A DNA stretch of 37,640 nt from Octopus sinensis (lineage: Eukaryota): the NCBI RefSeq assembly GCF_006345805.1, contig NW_021835896.1:1-37640 (forward strand), read 5' to 3'. The translations under genes were made by a program, and so were the position numbers. The notes below the pieces were generated by a model, which was not told the origin of the DNA, ran no database searches, and worked only from the letters and a program-made list of their open reading frames with translations. Shown piece by piece: positions 23,547 through 36,606 of this stretch (within the stretch, counting starts at the first letter, position 1; each line of letters begins with the position of its first letter).

Positions 23547-23947
23547 CACACACACAACCCCCCCCCCACAAACACACAGCACATACGTACATATCTATAA
23601 ACATCCATGCGTGGCTGAGTGTTTGACGGTTATTCCTGTATTTAAGTTGGTTGGTCATTATTCATATACACGACCATGTGTATATTCGTGCTTGAGTGTG
23701 AATGGATGCGTGCGCCTCAATAATTATTCACATTAATTACTATTTCCTTCTATAATTTTGTACCCACTAATTGTTCCTGACAAAAGTAAGAAAAAAAACC
23801 CTTACCCCACTCTCACACCATAATTTCCTTAATAATTTTCACATCTGATTCCCCAAAAGTTTATAACATGCAGATGGAATTTGAACCCGCGAATAGCCAC
23901 TTAATGGTAATTTCATAACCAGTGTATATATCAATTTTTTCACATGC

Positions 23948-23991
<44 letters not shown>

Positions 23992-24123
23992 TTTTTAAAT
24001 ATCTTAGAGCTGTGAAGGTCAGTCACCCTCTCACATGTCTGACGTTTTGTTACTCTTCAATAAATATCGTTTTTTTAGGCGCTGATAAACTCTTTTTAAA
24101 TGTCATCTTCGTCTAATTATATC

Positions 24124-24555
24124 TTTTATCTCTTACTTGTTGCAGTCATTTGACTGCGGCCATGCTGGAGCACCGCTTCGAAGAACTTTTAGTCGAATGA
24201 ACCGACGCCGGTACTTATGTCTTCTTAAACATGAAACTTATTGTAATAGTCTCTTATGTCGACCCACTATATTATGGGGACGTAAACACACCAACACCGG
24301 TTGTTAAGCAGTAGTGGGGCAAAACACAGACACAAACAAACCACGCACGCACACACACACACACACACACGCAGGCACGCACACACACACATGACAGGCA
24401 TTTTTCAGTTTCCGTCAACCAAATCCGCTCACAAAGTATTTCGTCGGCCCGGGGCTATACCAGAAAATATTTGTCCAAAGTGTCACACAACGGCATTGAA
24501 CCTGGAACCATATGGTTGGGAAGGAAGCTTGTTACCACAGAACCACGTTTGCACT
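24124..24555 (-). mobile_element. SINE family A, full length
   Basis: Reverse complement of the family A consensus. Confidence 0.88.
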
Positions 24556-24582
24556 TATAGCAAAACAACATTAAATGTAAAA

Positions 24583-24975
24583 AGGAGTGGCTACGTGGTA
24601 AGTTGCTTGCTTACCAACCACATAGTTCCGGGTTCATTCCCACTGCGTGGCACCTTGGGCAAGTGTCTTCTACTATAGCATCGGGCCGACCAAGGCCCTG
24701 TGAGTGGATTAGTAGACGGAAACTGAAAGGAGACCGTCGTATATATGTATATGTATATACATATGTGTGTGTGTGTTTGTCCCCACCCACCATCGCTTGA
24801 AACCGATGCTGGTGTGTTTACGTCCCCGTAACTTATCTGTTTGACAAAAGAGACCGATAGAATAAGTACTAGGCTTAAAAAGAATAAGTCCTAGGTTTGA
24901 TTTGCTCGACTAAAGGCGGTGCTCCAGCATGGCCGCAGTCAAATGACTGAAACAAGTAAAAGAGTAAAGAGAGTA
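24583..24975 (+). mobile_element. SINE family A, full length
   Basis: Near-consensus copy ending (AAAGAGT)n. Confidence 0.92.
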
Positions 24976-25064
24976 ATTAAGATATTTCTCAGAGCGTTTA
25001 ATAATATACAAGGATTTGAAAAGATTGTTAAATGGGCCCTGTTAATTATACGTAGTTGAAGCCC

Positions 25065-25198
25065 AAATCGACCCCACGATGAAGTTTTTCAATCTGCAAT
25101 TGATTCTGTCAATCTCCTTGCCGAACCTCTACGTTACGGGGAAGCAAACAAACAAACAACGGTTGTGAAATGGCGGGCTGGAGACACATATACTTGCA

Positions 25199-25233
<35 letters not shown>

Positions 25234-25277
25234 CATACATACATACATACAACATACATCATATATACATATATATA

Positions 25278-25312
<35 letters not shown>

Positions 25313-25802
25313 TCTATATATATATATATAATATATATATATATATATGTATACATATAATATATATATATATATATACATACATACATATGTACATATA
25401 TACATACATATTCGACTGGCTTCTTCACAGTTTCCAAAAACCAAATTCATTCGCAAAGTATTGGTGATCCAGGGGCTATAGTAAACATATGCTCAAGGTG
25501 GTGGTATGTGTGTATAATTATACACATTATATGCACAACACCCCCCTCCGATATATATTTATATATATATATGTATGTATATGTGCGTGTGTGTGTATAT
25601 GGAAGTGTGTCTGTGTTTGTTCCCCCCAACGTCGCTAGACAACCGATGCTAGTGCGTTTACATCCCCGTAACTGATCGGATCGACGAAAGAAACTGATAG
25701 AACAAGTACTAGGCTTACAAAGAAAAAGTCATGGGTCGATTGGTTCAACTAAATGCGGTGCTCCTGCATGGCCGCAGTCAAATGACTGAAACAAGTAAAA
25801 GA
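25065..25802. mobile_element. Scrambled SINE family A fragments (minus: 25065-25195 and 25410-25500; plus: tail 25600-25802)
   Basis: Recognisable family A segments separated by microsatellites. Confidence 0.65.
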
Positions 25803-25842
25803 TTGCAAATATAAAAGAATATATTTATATTATTTTATTCCC

Positions 25843-26071
25843 TTAGTCATTTGTCTGTGGCCATCCTCGAGCACCGTCTGTAGTCGAGCAAATCGACCCT
25901 TGGAGACATTCTGTATAAGCCTAAACTTATTCTACCGGGCTCCTTTGCCGAACCGTTAAGTTACTGGGACGTAAACGCATCAACATCGGTTGTCAAGTGA
26001 TGATGGGTGGAAGAACAAATACAGACGCATAAACACGTACAAACACACGCATACACACACAGACACACACA

Positions 26072-26142
<71 letters not shown>

Positions 26143-26290
26143 GACGGGTTTCTTTGAGTTTCCGTCAACCAAATCCGCCCACAAATCCTTGGTCGGCCTG
26201 AGGTTACAGTAGAACACACTTGCCTAAGGTGCCACGCAGTGGGACTGAACCCAGGACCATGTGATTGGTAAACAAGTTACTTACCACACA
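25843..26290 (-). mobile_element. SINE family A
   Basis: Reverse complement of the consensus, with a long (CA)n linker. Confidence 0.88.
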
Positions 26291-26389
26291 TATATATATG
26301 CGAGTGAGTGGACACACGAAAAAATAAACCGCGCAACACGTTTGGTAGGAGGACCTAGTTTGTTGCAGTATATGACTAGCACTTTTTTT

Positions 26390-26510
26390 ATTGACCCCGA
26401 AAGAATGAAAGGCTAAGTGGACCGCAGCAGAATTTGAACACAAGACGTAAAGGCGGACGAAATGTCGCTAAGCATTTAATCCGGCCTGTTAAACATACTG
26501 CCGCCTCACC
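26390..26510 (-). mobile_element. SINE family B, old fragment
   Basis: GACCCCGAAAGAATGAAAGGC...GAATTTGAAC...GACGAAATG. Confidence 0.65.
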
Positions 26511-26514
26511 TTAC

Positions 26515-26588
<74 letters not shown>

Positions 26589-26599
26589 TCATTCTTTAT

Positions 26600-27103
26600 C
26601 TTTTATGTTATTGAACTGTGGCCATGCTGGTGTAGAGCCCTGAAGAAATTTTATTTTCGAATAAATCGCCTCCAGTATTAAGTTGTTCTTTTAAGCCTTG
26701 TACATATTATGTATCATATCTGTCCCTTGTTGCCGAACCGCTACGTTACGGGGACGTAAACAAACGAACATCGGTTACCACGTGGTGAGAGGGTGTCTAA
26801 CAGAGACGCAAAAGCATACACACACACATAATGCCCCAGCGTGACCACAGCCTTAGAGCTGAAACATGTGAAAGAATACAATAATAGAATACACACACAC
26901 GCACACACAGACACGCATGTACACATATACACACATATATACGGGCTTCTTTCAGTTTCCGTCAACCAAATCCATTCACAAAGCAACGGCTGACCCAAGG
27001 TTATAATAGAAGACATTTACCCAATGTGCCACGCAGTAGAACTGAACCCGGAACTATGCGGTTGAGAAGCAAGCTTCTTACCACTCAGCCAAGACTGCTC
27101 CTA
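26600..27103 (-). mobile_element. SINE family A, degenerate, with a nested second tail fragment
   Basis: Head at 27040-27100, body at 26940-27040, tail at 26600-26800. Confidence 0.75.
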
Positions 27104-27107
27104 TATA

Positions 27108-27650
27108 AGGCAAGCTAGCAGAAGCGTTAGCACACCGGGCGAAATGCTTAGCGGTACTTCGTCTGCTGTTACGTTGTGAGTTCAAATTCCGCCGAGGTCG
27201 ACTTTGCCTTTCATCCTTTCGGGGTCGATAAATTAAGTACCAGTTACGCACTGGGGTCGATGTAATCGACATAATACCTATGTCTGTCCTTGTTTGTCCC
27301 CTCTATGTTTAGCCCCTTGTGGGTAATAAAGAAATAGGTATTTCGTCTGCCGTTACGTTATGAGTTCAAATTACGCCGAAGTCGACTGTGCCTATCATCC
27401 TGTCGGGGTCGATTAAATAAGTACCAGTTACGTACCGGGGTCGATATAATCGACTTAATCCGTTTGTCTGTCCTTGTTTGTCCTCTCTGTATTTATCCCC
27501 TTGTATGTAGTAAAGAAATAGGTATTTCATCTGCTGTTACGTTTTGAGTTCAAATTCCGTTGAGGTCGATTTGGCCTTTCATCCTTTCGAGGGTCGATGA
27601 AATAAGTACCAGCTACGCACTGAGGTCGATCTAATTGACTTAATCCCTCT
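27108..27650 (+). mobile_element. SINE family B with three tandem 184-bp body units
   Basis: Units start at ~27151, 27335 and 27519. Junction AAAGAAATAGGTATTTC. Confidence 0.9.
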
Positions 27651-27660
27651 ACTCGTCCCC

Positions 27661-28150
27661 TATGGCTGTGCGGTAAGTAGCTTGCTTACCAGCCACATGG
27701 TCCCAGGTTCAGTGATACTGCGTGGCACCTTGGGCAGGTGTCTTCTACTATAGCCTCGTGAGTGGATTTGGTAGACAGAAACAGGAAGAAGCCCGTCGTA
27801 TGTGTGTCTGTGTTTGTTCCCCCAGCATCGCTTGACAACCGATGCTGGTGTATTTACGTCCCCTTAACTTATCAGTTCGGCAAAAGAAGGGACCGATGGA
27901 ATAAGTACTAGGCTTACAAAGAATAAGTCCCGTGTGTATGTGTGTGTGTGTGTCTATCTTTGTGTCTCTGTGTTTGTCCCGATGCTGGTTGTGTTTATGT
28001 CCCCTTAACTTAGTGGTTTGGCAAAAGAGACCAATAGTACTAGGCTTACAAAAAATAAGTCCTGGGGGTCGATTTGCTCGACTAAAGACGGTGCTCCAGC
28101 ACGGCCGCACTCAAATGACTGAAACAAGTAAAAGAATAACAGAATAAAAG
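27661..28150 (+). mobile_element. SINE family A with duplicated tail
   Basis: The tail segment occurs at ~27836-27930 and again at ~27975-28135. Confidence 0.85.
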
Positions 28151-28643
28151 ACATACATGTGCGTGTGTGTGTGCACGTGTGTGTGTGTGTGTGTTGTGTG
28201 TGTGTGTGTGTATGTGTTTGCGCATGCGTACACGTTTGGGACAAGAACGAGAGAGGAACGGAGTGAGCGAGTAGGAAGTGTAAGGTGAACGAACGAAGAC
28301 GTCAGAGCGAGAGAGAGATTTCCCCTGTATGCATTATGTAAATAACAGGCAAACAAACACAAGTTTTGTTCTCAATTTAGAATATCGGTTATCAGAAGTA
28401 AACTGATGACCAGCTGTGTCTAATGTTAGGCAGGCTTCCCTATCTTACACATGTTCTGCTTCTCTCCGTTTTCTCCGTTGTCTGTACGTTTGCAGGTGTG
28501 TGTGTGTATGTATGTACGTGTGTGTGGTGTGTTGTGTGTGTACGTGTGTGTGTGTGTGTATTATGATCATGTAGGTAAATGTCTCTGCGTCTGCATATTG
28601 TGTTTATATCTATATTTGTAAACACCACACACATATGCATGTA

Positions 28644-28681
<38 letters not shown>

Positions 28682-28834
28682 ATATAAATACATACATACA
28701 TATATATATATATGTGTGTGTGGTGTGTTGTGTGTACACTCGCACGTACATACACACACATATGTGCATGTGTATACATACTCGCACATAGTCACGCATA
28801 CACAGACACATGTATATATGCATGTATATGTATG

Positions 28835-28874
<40 letters not shown>

Positions 28875-28887
28875 TATGTGTATACTA

Positions 28888-28918
<31 letters not shown>

Positions 28919-28924
28919 ATATAT

Positions 28925-28987
<63 letters not shown>

Positions 28988-29128
28988 TGTATATATATGT
29001 ATGTATATATATATGCATGTTTTATCTTTTCTACCTTCGCTTATTCTTTCTATTTACAAGGGTATATATAACTATGTAAGAATTCAAGTATGTAAGTATA
29101 CATACAGATGCTTACATATACGAATCAC

Positions 29129-29301
<173 letters not shown>

Positions 29302-30714
29302 GTGTCTATTTATTATATTGACCTTGCTATGTCTATATTGTTTATATCGCCCTCTTTTACTCTCTTTCCATATAGCTTATGTTTGTATCTGAGCCAGTAT
29401 AAAAGTAGGTATATATAAGAGCTGCTTGATATATTTGCTGTTTCTGTGATCGTCTTCATTCTCCTCTTTCTCTCTATTGGTTACTTATGTTAATATACGA
29501 GTCGACTAGTTTAATTGTGATATGTGCGTGTGTGTTTAAATGTGTAAAAATGTATATGCATGGTGTCATATTTATATATATGTTTTTGTCTAGTTATGGC
29601 ATATTCTGTTAAGAACGTAGTAGAGAACAGTATAAAGCTGGTCCACCTTTAGTTTTCACCCTGTGTTATCCAGTCGTATAGTATTATGCGTATTACTAGG
29701 TATGTCTTTGGGCATCTGTCGTGTGTGAATAGAAAAGTGGAAAAATTTGGAGTCTACAAGAAAGAGTACAGGTGGACATTTATTTTGTAATCAGCACAAT
29801 TGTTTCCACGCAACGTAGCACTCGAGGCGTGCAGGTACTTGATTGTGCAACCGCTTCCCTGCATTATGAAAAGTGAGCAGAGTATTGTGTATTTTTCACT
29901 CTTAATATTCAATTAAATGCAAAGAGAAGCTCTTGGAAAGTAAAGTTCAGACACCTGACAAAGTTCTGCGGTCGGAGTTAGGAGGAGATAGATGTTCAAC
30001 CAGGCGGCGATATGTAATTGCGAAACTGCATGTGAGCAGATAAGGGGTTCTTGTTTTTGCGCTGCTTTCGTAGACTTCCACGACTCTCAGCAGCCATCCA
30101 ATTCCATTAATATGAATTTGAATCGACTGCTTTAGTCATAGTGAATCTCTAATTAGCTGACTGCACAACCATGGACGCCACTCCTATGAATGTAGTTATT
30201 CTCGTGATAAAGCTTGATCCTCCTGGCTGTTGATCTTCTTGGATTCCTCCATTCTGCATCAGAACACGAAGAACTGTTGGCTCAGTTAAGATCTTCCGCT
30301 TCTTCACGATCTACCATGTTGCAGTCCCATGACTTCGTCGCATATCTGCGGTATCCGTTCAGCCAGGGCTGCTACGCCTTGTCATGGGGCAGCTCGTACC
30401 TATAAAGGGCACAGTCTTCACTCAGTGGGGTATTTTCAAAATACCCACGTACACAAAGATTGAGATATTGGTCGCTTATTTCTAAATTATGAAGATGGAA
30501 TGATTAAGAAGCACCCTGAGTGACGGATCAGCTCTTTACATGGGCAACACTGCCCATTTTTTAGTCAAGAGTTATCTAAAAGTATTGGTTTAATGAAGGA
30601 TTGTTTAAATCTGAAACTGATCAGAAGACCCATGATTGACAGATATTCTAGGACATGATACGATTTCTACCTTGAATCTACGTATGTTTACGTATAGGGA
30701 TGCACGCGTGCATA

Positions 30715-31098
30715 TATAAATATTATATCAGCAGAACGGGGCGCCACTGCATGGTGCCAAAGATCCCAAAATCACCACCAAAATACAGGACTAGATACTG
30801 CAAAAGCTTGGGTTTCAGGGGACCACAGCTCTTCAATATCCTTCCTAAATGCCTGAGAGACCTGCATGATGTGGGTGTGGGTTTCTTTAAAACTAAACTG
30901 GATCTCTTCTTGTCAGGGGTTCCAGATGAACCTACCTTTCGGCAGGAAACACAGATGCGGGCAGCGGCGTCGAACTTCCTTGTTGACCAAGTGCCACGTA
31001 TCAGAGGTGGTTTCACATAATCGTGGAGCTCAATCAATGGTGGTGCCCCAGTATGGCCGCAGCTTTCGAGCTGAAGCATTTTTAAGGATTTAAAGATT

Positions 31099-31100
<2 letters not shown>
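30715..31100 (+). mobile_element. 5'-truncated CR1/L2-group LINE: ORF2 C-terminus and 3' UTR
   Basis: RTGRHCMVP, RTRYCKSLGFRGPQLFNILP, FKTKLDLFLSGVPDEP, RAAASN.LVDQ. The 3' UTR shares the SINE A tail. Confidence 0.85.
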
Positions 31101-31165
<65 letters not shown>

Positions 31166-31502
31166 CATATATAGTAGATATCGTCGTATACGAGAGGTTA
31201 AGATATGAATTCTTAATTGTTGCTTAAAATTTTGATGAAGTAGTTCAGTTTAACGCCTTCTTAATCGAAACGAAATAACAGCTTAAATTGCTTCGAGTAA
31301 CACTTACTTGGAATAGAATAGACACAATCGATAATTCAAGATAATTCAATCAATTAATTAATTTCAGCCGAGGGAAATCTTTGCTTGAATGGGGAAAAGG
31401 TATATTGATAGGATCATGCATGTTTGTTCCTAGGTTTGTGTTAAAATGTAATTAAAGGAAGAACATGCAAATAAATAAATATATATATAAATAAATAAAT
31501 GT

Positions 31503-31682
31503 CGATGGGTGTGTGGTAAGTAGCTTGCTTACCAACCACATGGTTCTGGGTTCAGTCCCACTGCGTGGCACCTTGGGCAAGTGTCTTCTACTATTGTCTC
31601 GGGTCGCCCAAAGCCCTGTGAGTGGGTTTGTTAGGAGGAAACTAAAAGAAGTCCGTGTATATATATATATATATATATATAG

Positions 31683-31762
<80 letters not shown>

Positions 31763-31942
31763 TAAGTTTGTGTCTGTGTTTTCCCGATGCTGGTTGTGTT
31801 TACGTCCCCGTAACTTAGCGGTTCGGCAAAAGAGACCAATAGTACTAGGCTTACAAAAAATAAGTCCTGGGGTAGATTTGCTCGGCTAAAGGCGGTGCTC
31901 CAGCATGACCGCAGTCAAATGACTGAAACAAGTAAAAGAGAG
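31503..31942 (+). mobile_element. SINE family A, full length
   Basis: Consensus head, body and tail. Confidence 0.9.
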
Positions 31943-32079
31943 ATGTAAAGATTACTTTCAGGAAGAAAAGGGAAATATTGAACAAACGATGAGAGATAAT
32001 ATTTGCAACAGTAACAAAAGAAGGGTCAGCCACAAAAACCGCAATAACAATAACAATGCATGTAAAGGATCGTCACGTG

Positions 32080-32295
32080 ATTCTTATTTCTTCATTGCCC
32101 ACAAGGGATTAAACACAGAGAGGACAGACACACGGATTAAGTCGATTACATCGACCCCAGTGCGTAACTGGTACTTAATTTATCCACCCCGAAAGGATGA
32201 AAGGCAAAGTCGACCTCGGCGGAATTTGAACTCAGAACGTAATGGCAGACGAAATACCGTCAAGCATTTCGCCTAGCATGCTACCCTTTCTGCGA
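32080..32295 (-). mobile_element. SINE family B monomer
   Basis: Reverse complement of the consensus. Confidence 0.88.
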
Positions 32296-32437
32296 GAATC
32301 GTGAAGTGATTCTGTCAGAAAGAGCAACTCTGAAATCTTAGCCTATCCTCGTTCAGAAAGGCAAGAAATATCTACCCAGTTTTCTCTAAATAACGCCCTA
32401 CCGTCTTAAGAGGAAAAACACATAGCCTTTATAAACA

Positions 32438-32473
<36 letters not shown>

Positions 32474-32506
32474 TAATATAATAATAATAATACTAATACT
32501 ACTACT

Positions 32507-32585
<79 letters not shown>

Positions 32586-32659
32586 GATAATAATAATAAT
32601 AGAATAGTAAAGCAGACAGTGTTAATACAGAAAGAAAGCAAACTATGCTGTATCATATA

Positions 32660-32967
32660 AGTCAATAGATATGATAGGCTAGCTTGGGAGGTTAAGCAGT
32701 TATGGTCGATGAAAAAGGTGGTAGCAGTACCAATAATTGTCGGAGCTCTGGGAACAGTGAGTAAAAATCTTGAGAAGTATGTGGAACAAATAGGGGCTGC
32801 AATTAGGTTGGGGCACTTGCCAGAAAACAGCACTGCTTGGAACCGCTCGATTACTCCGAAAGGTGCTCGAAAAATAAGAGGTGTTACCTTAGTTCACTGG
32901 TAGCGAGCAGCTGACACCGTAGTACATCTCCAGCGTTAGAAGTGGTGCAAAGGTAATGATAATAATA
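32660..32967 (+). mobile_element. R4/Dong-clade non-LTR retrotransposon 3' end (RLE C-terminus), in a (TAA)n tract
   Basis: RYDRLAWEVKQLWSMKKVVAVPIIVGALGTVSKNLEKY, then after a +1 frameshift QKTALLGTARLLRKVLEK*. Ends TAATGATAATAATAA, with (TAA)n/(TAC)n upstream. Confidence 0.85.
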
Positions 32968-33182
32968 AAGATTTCTACTATGAGCACCAGGTCTTAAATT
33001 TTGGGGAAGGGGTAAGTAGATTACATCGACCCCAGTACTCAACTGGTACTTAATTTATCGATCCCGAAAGGATGAAAGGCATAGTCCACCTCACCGGAAT
33101 TTGAACTCAGAATGTAGTGGCAGACGAAATATCGCTAAGCATTTCGCGCGGCATGCTAACGATTCTGCCAGCTCGCCTCCTT
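32968..33182 (-). mobile_element. SINE family B (alternative 3' end)
   Basis: Core GGTACTTAATTTATCGATCCCGAAAGGATGAAAGGC. Its tail resembles 14540-14597. Confidence 0.85.
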
Positions 33183-33984
33183 AGATGGTAACAGCAGCAG
33201 CAAGGCAGCAGCAAGCAGCAGCAAGCAGCAGCAAGCAGTAGCAGCAGCAGCAGCAGCACCACCACCACCAAATAATAATAATACTAGTAATGGCTTTTGA
33301 TCTAAACTGATCGGATGTGTTATAGTGTACATTGTTTTGTCTTGGTATAAAAGATGGGCTACAGCAAATATTCTGCCCAATACCACAGATTTGCTTGCCA
33401 GTTGTTTTTATCTTAACCAGTTGAGCATGTCCCTTGGTGGTTGACGAGATGTGCATCTCTGATCACGAGCAGATGTAGTGGAGGAGCATCATAGCCATGT
33501 GTTGAGAAGGATTCTTTGGGGTTTGAAAACCTCACTTCTGGAAGTATGGGTGTTTCGTTCATCATCATTAAACAAACCTTATTCAGGGACCGTTTGTGCG
33601 TGATGGGATACTTGACCTGACGAAAATTCTGACAACAAAGACTCATGGGAAGTCTCAAAGACTCATGAGAAGTATGCAGGCTACTTCGTATATAACAACC
33701 TGCACGATTATGCGCTGTTTCTCTTGATATGAAATCACCATGACGTGCACATATGGTAAGGCATGTGCCTAGTGTACCCTTATCAGACGGGTGGTCATGG
33801 TGGGTACACTGGGCTTCGTAGGTTTTACCCCAGTGTCACTTTGATGGCGTGCACTACTCTCTCACTCAATAATGATGAAGATGATAATTGATGATAGTGG
33901 TGATTACTTTTATTTACTACCAAGACAGAGAATGAGGTGGACAATACAAAGACAGGCATAATAATAACAACTTCAATAATAATA

Positions 33985-34051
<67 letters not shown>

Positions 34052-34096
34052 GATATGCATAGAAACGTACACAACACACACACATACAGATAGACG

Positions 34097-34141
<45 letters not shown>

Positions 34142-34217
34142 GATAGATGGATGGATAGGATAGATAGATAGATAGATAGATAGATGGATGGATAGATAGA
34201 TAGATAGATAGATAGAT

Positions 34218-34264
<47 letters not shown>

Positions 34265-34305
34265 GGATAGATAGATAGATAGATAGATAGATGGATGGAT
34301 GATAG

Positions 34306-34374
<69 letters not shown>

Positions 34375-34521
34375 CATTGAGAGATAGATAGATAGATTGA
34401 TAAGATAGATCTCTATAGGGTTGCTGTTAAAATACCTCTGATCACAGGTGTGCTCAATCTGTCTTGTTTTGGAGTGTGTATTTGTTGTGGAGTTCTCTAC
34501 AGCAGCAACACAAGCAGCTGT

Positions 34522-34553
<32 letters not shown>

Positions 34554-35112
34554 GAACAACAAGAATAACACCAACAATTGAAGCAATTCATGCATTCATC
34601 TTTTCAACCACCCATTCATTCCTTGGAATCTATACGAATATCGGTGATCGATATCGCATTCGTACGCATTCATGATTAAAAACAAACGCGAGGTTACACA
34701 AACACATTGGCGTTTACGCTTACAAACACGCACACAGGAACACACACACACACACACACACACTCACATGAATGGATACTCACACATACTGACATGCACA
34801 AGAAAACACGTGAATACACACACATGTCCCACCACCACCACCACCACAAATGGAACCTTCCCATCATCTTGCTTTAGATACGACTCCCAGCGCCATCTGC
34901 AGTACTATCTCACCACTAATACCTTCTTTACGAAGCACCGTACTACGTTATTCTTACGATCGCTAACGCAACCACTAACCTCCACCACCACCACCACCAC
35001 CACCACCTCTACCGCCATCACTATCATCACTACCGCCGCCATCGCTGCCACCAGCATTACCACTATAATTACCAGCAGTCCGTCGTATATATGTATATAT
35101 GTGTGTGTGTGT

Positions 35113-35485
35113 GTGTGTGGTAAGAAGCTTGTTTCCCAACCACATGGTTCCGGGTTCAGTCCTACTGCGTGGCACCTTGGGCAAGTGTCTTCTACTATAG
35201 CCTCGGTCAGACCAAAGCCTTGTGAGTGGATTTGGTAGATGGAAACTGAAAGAAACCTGTCGTATATATATCTATATGTATATATATATGTATGTATGTG
35301 TTTGTTGTTTGTGTCTGTGTTTGTCACCCCAGCATCGCTTGACAACCGATGCTGGTGTGTCTACGTCCCCGTCCATTAGCGGTTCGGCAAAAAGGAACCG
35401 ATAGAATGAGTACTAGGCTTACAAAGAATAAGTTCTGGGGTCGATTTTATTCGACTAAAGATGGTGCTCTAGCATGACCGCAGTC
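35113..35485 (+). mobile_element. SINE family A, near full length
   Basis: GTGGTAAGAAGCTTGTTTCCCAACC...GGTGCTCTAGCATGACCGCAGTC. Confidence 0.88.
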
Positions 35486-35562
35486 ACCTTTGCCACCACC
35501 ACCACTACCACCTGCATCATCACCACCATCATTACAACCATCACCATCACGCCGCCCCCCCC

Positions 35563-35599
<37 letters not shown>

Positions 35600-35690
35600 T
35601 TCTCATCACCACCGTCACCAACATCAATCAACAAACACCATTGCCACCTTCACTAACACGAACATCATCATCACCATTGCCGCCGCCACC

Positions 35691-35724
<34 letters not shown>

Positions 35725-36185
35725 TCGTCATCAACACCATCGTCACTACCACTACCATCATCATCTTCACCATCTTCACCATCATCATCATCATCATCGT
35801 CGTCGTCGTCATCGTTATCATCATCACCATCGCCACCACCACCGCCGTCATAAAACAACGAACACCATTTCTACTTCCCCACCCACACCGTCATCATCAG
35901 CAATATCACCATCACCACTCAAACAATCACCCCCCCCCCCCAGCCACCCTCACCACCTTCACCACCACCACCACCACCACCACCACCAACACCACGATAA
36001 AACCACAAACTCCGTTGCCGCCACCATCCCCCCTCCGCTACCACCGCCGCCCACCACTGTCTCCACCTCCGCAGGAACCACATGCACAAGCACTTCACCT
36101 CCACCATCGCACCACTAAACAATAACACAATAGCAGCAGCAACAACAACAACACCAACCACCACAACAACAACGACAGCAGCAAG
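35486..36185. repeat. Compound (CAC)n/(TAC)n/(CAT)n/(CAA)n trinucleotide tract
   Basis: Visible directly. Confidence 0.9.
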
Positions 36186-36543
36186 AATAACATGTACTCC
36201 GGTACACGTGACAGAAAAACATCAATGTTTTCCCCGATGCCATTTAATGCAAAACAATTTGCTTCAGGTCTGTCTACAAGAGCGCCACGGTGCTGTCAAG
36301 TCTTCACCATTATCTCACATCATAGCACGTGTTCACAAAACTTACACAATATATTCTTCTTTTTATTTTTTCCTCCCTATCTTCCACTCCCTTGGTTGCT
36401 ACATCCCCCTCGCAGTCCCTCTCGCTCTCTCTGTCTCTCTTCTCTCTCTCTCTCTCTCGTGACTCATGCAAAAGTTGTTACAATTTCTTTTTAGTCATTT
36501 TTTATTCCTTGATTTTTTTCCCTACCCCTTCCGTATGCGTGTT

Positions 36544-36606
<63 letters not shown>

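Noticed and set aside
27108-27650. CRISPR-like array
   Set aside because: The units are SINE bodies with no unique spacers, and the context is eukaryotic.
36192-36494. 100-aa ORF MYSGTRDRKTSMFSPMPF...
   Set aside because: Flanked by and ending in low-complexity sequence, with no recognisable domain or splice support.
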